From assembly GCA_021432655.1 (NCBI GenBank), contig MU271366.1, positions 61,979 through 81,978 on the forward strand: 20,000 bases of DNA, given 5' to 3'. A program made the position numbers and the translations under genes. Source of the DNA: Atractiella rhizophila. Its lineage: Eukaryota. This document shows, in pieces, positions 19,500 to 20,000 of this stretch (position 1 is the first letter of the stretch; every line of letters starts with the position of its first letter). The notes beneath the pieces are model-generated. The model saw only the letters and a list, made by a program, of their open reading frames with translations, was not told the DNA's origin and did not search any database.

Positions 19500-20000
19500 C
19501 TAAACCGCCTCTGGTTCCACCTTCATTGTTCCATGACCACCTCCGGAAAATCCCATAATTTTCCACAAGTATTTCTTGAGCCCGGTTCTGCAAAGGAACA
19601 ATACAGTTGCTATCCAGGCGAGGATTATTGCCGGTAACAAGTGTAACACCCACTTCTCTTCGCCGTCCAAGTGCTTGGAGGTGAAGCGGTACGCAATTAT
19701 GAGGTGAAAGCCCCAAAACAACAACAGAGGAACTATTTCCCCAGTAGGCTCTCTAGGCTTCTCACTAGCTATGTTTACTTGAGTTCGGATGTAAAAGGCA
19801 ACGAGGTGGAAGACTCACCTCTACGGGCATAGGAGTGACGAGAACTAATGTCCACCCATGCGACACCGATGATGAGGAGGAGAAAAGCGATCCAGAGCGA
19901 CAGATATTGTCCGTGGTCCTCTTTCTTCCCTGAAGCTAGGAACATTGCAACAGCGGAAGAGATGACGGGAAGGTAGTCCGGGCTTTTGATCTTTATCGTC
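19500..20000 (-). CDS. 3' end of a multi-pass membrane protein gene (continues beyond the window), unknown family
   Basis: Exon 20000-19819 (..VISSAVAMFLAS..YLSLWIAFLLLIIGVAWVD..), a 50-bp intron 19818-19769 (GTGAGT...CATAG), and a last exon 19768-19500 (..IVPLLLFWGFHLIIAY..VLHLLPAIILAWIATVLFLC..*). About four hydrophobic segments. Confidence 0.8.

Overview
Intron-rich fungal genomic DNA, almost certainly basidiomycete (short ~45-60 bp GT-AG introns, DUF6533-type gene). The left half holds a DUF6533/7TM membrane gene with two apparent single-base frameshifts, then a nested mobile-element locus. A 5'-truncated, internally deleted Tad1-like LINE (minus strand, 2608-6980, 15-bp target-site duplication, (CAT)n tail) is split inside its RT by a 1.5-kb DNA element. 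That element has CATCAGCA...TGCTGATG termini, an apparent 2-bp TT duplication and subterminal repeat arrays. To the right are a decayed gene remnant and a ~10.7-bp-phased YAGYGC repeat array. The right half holds a multi-exon probable SLF2/Nse6-like (SMC5/6-associated) gene with an MCB/SCB-like promoter cluster, an unidentified multi-exon locus, a conserved-looking acidic hypothetical gene, a clear polynucleotide kinase 3'-phosphatase (pnk1/PNKP) gene and the 3' end of a membrane-protein gene. Family assignments come from motif recognition by eye; no database searches were run.
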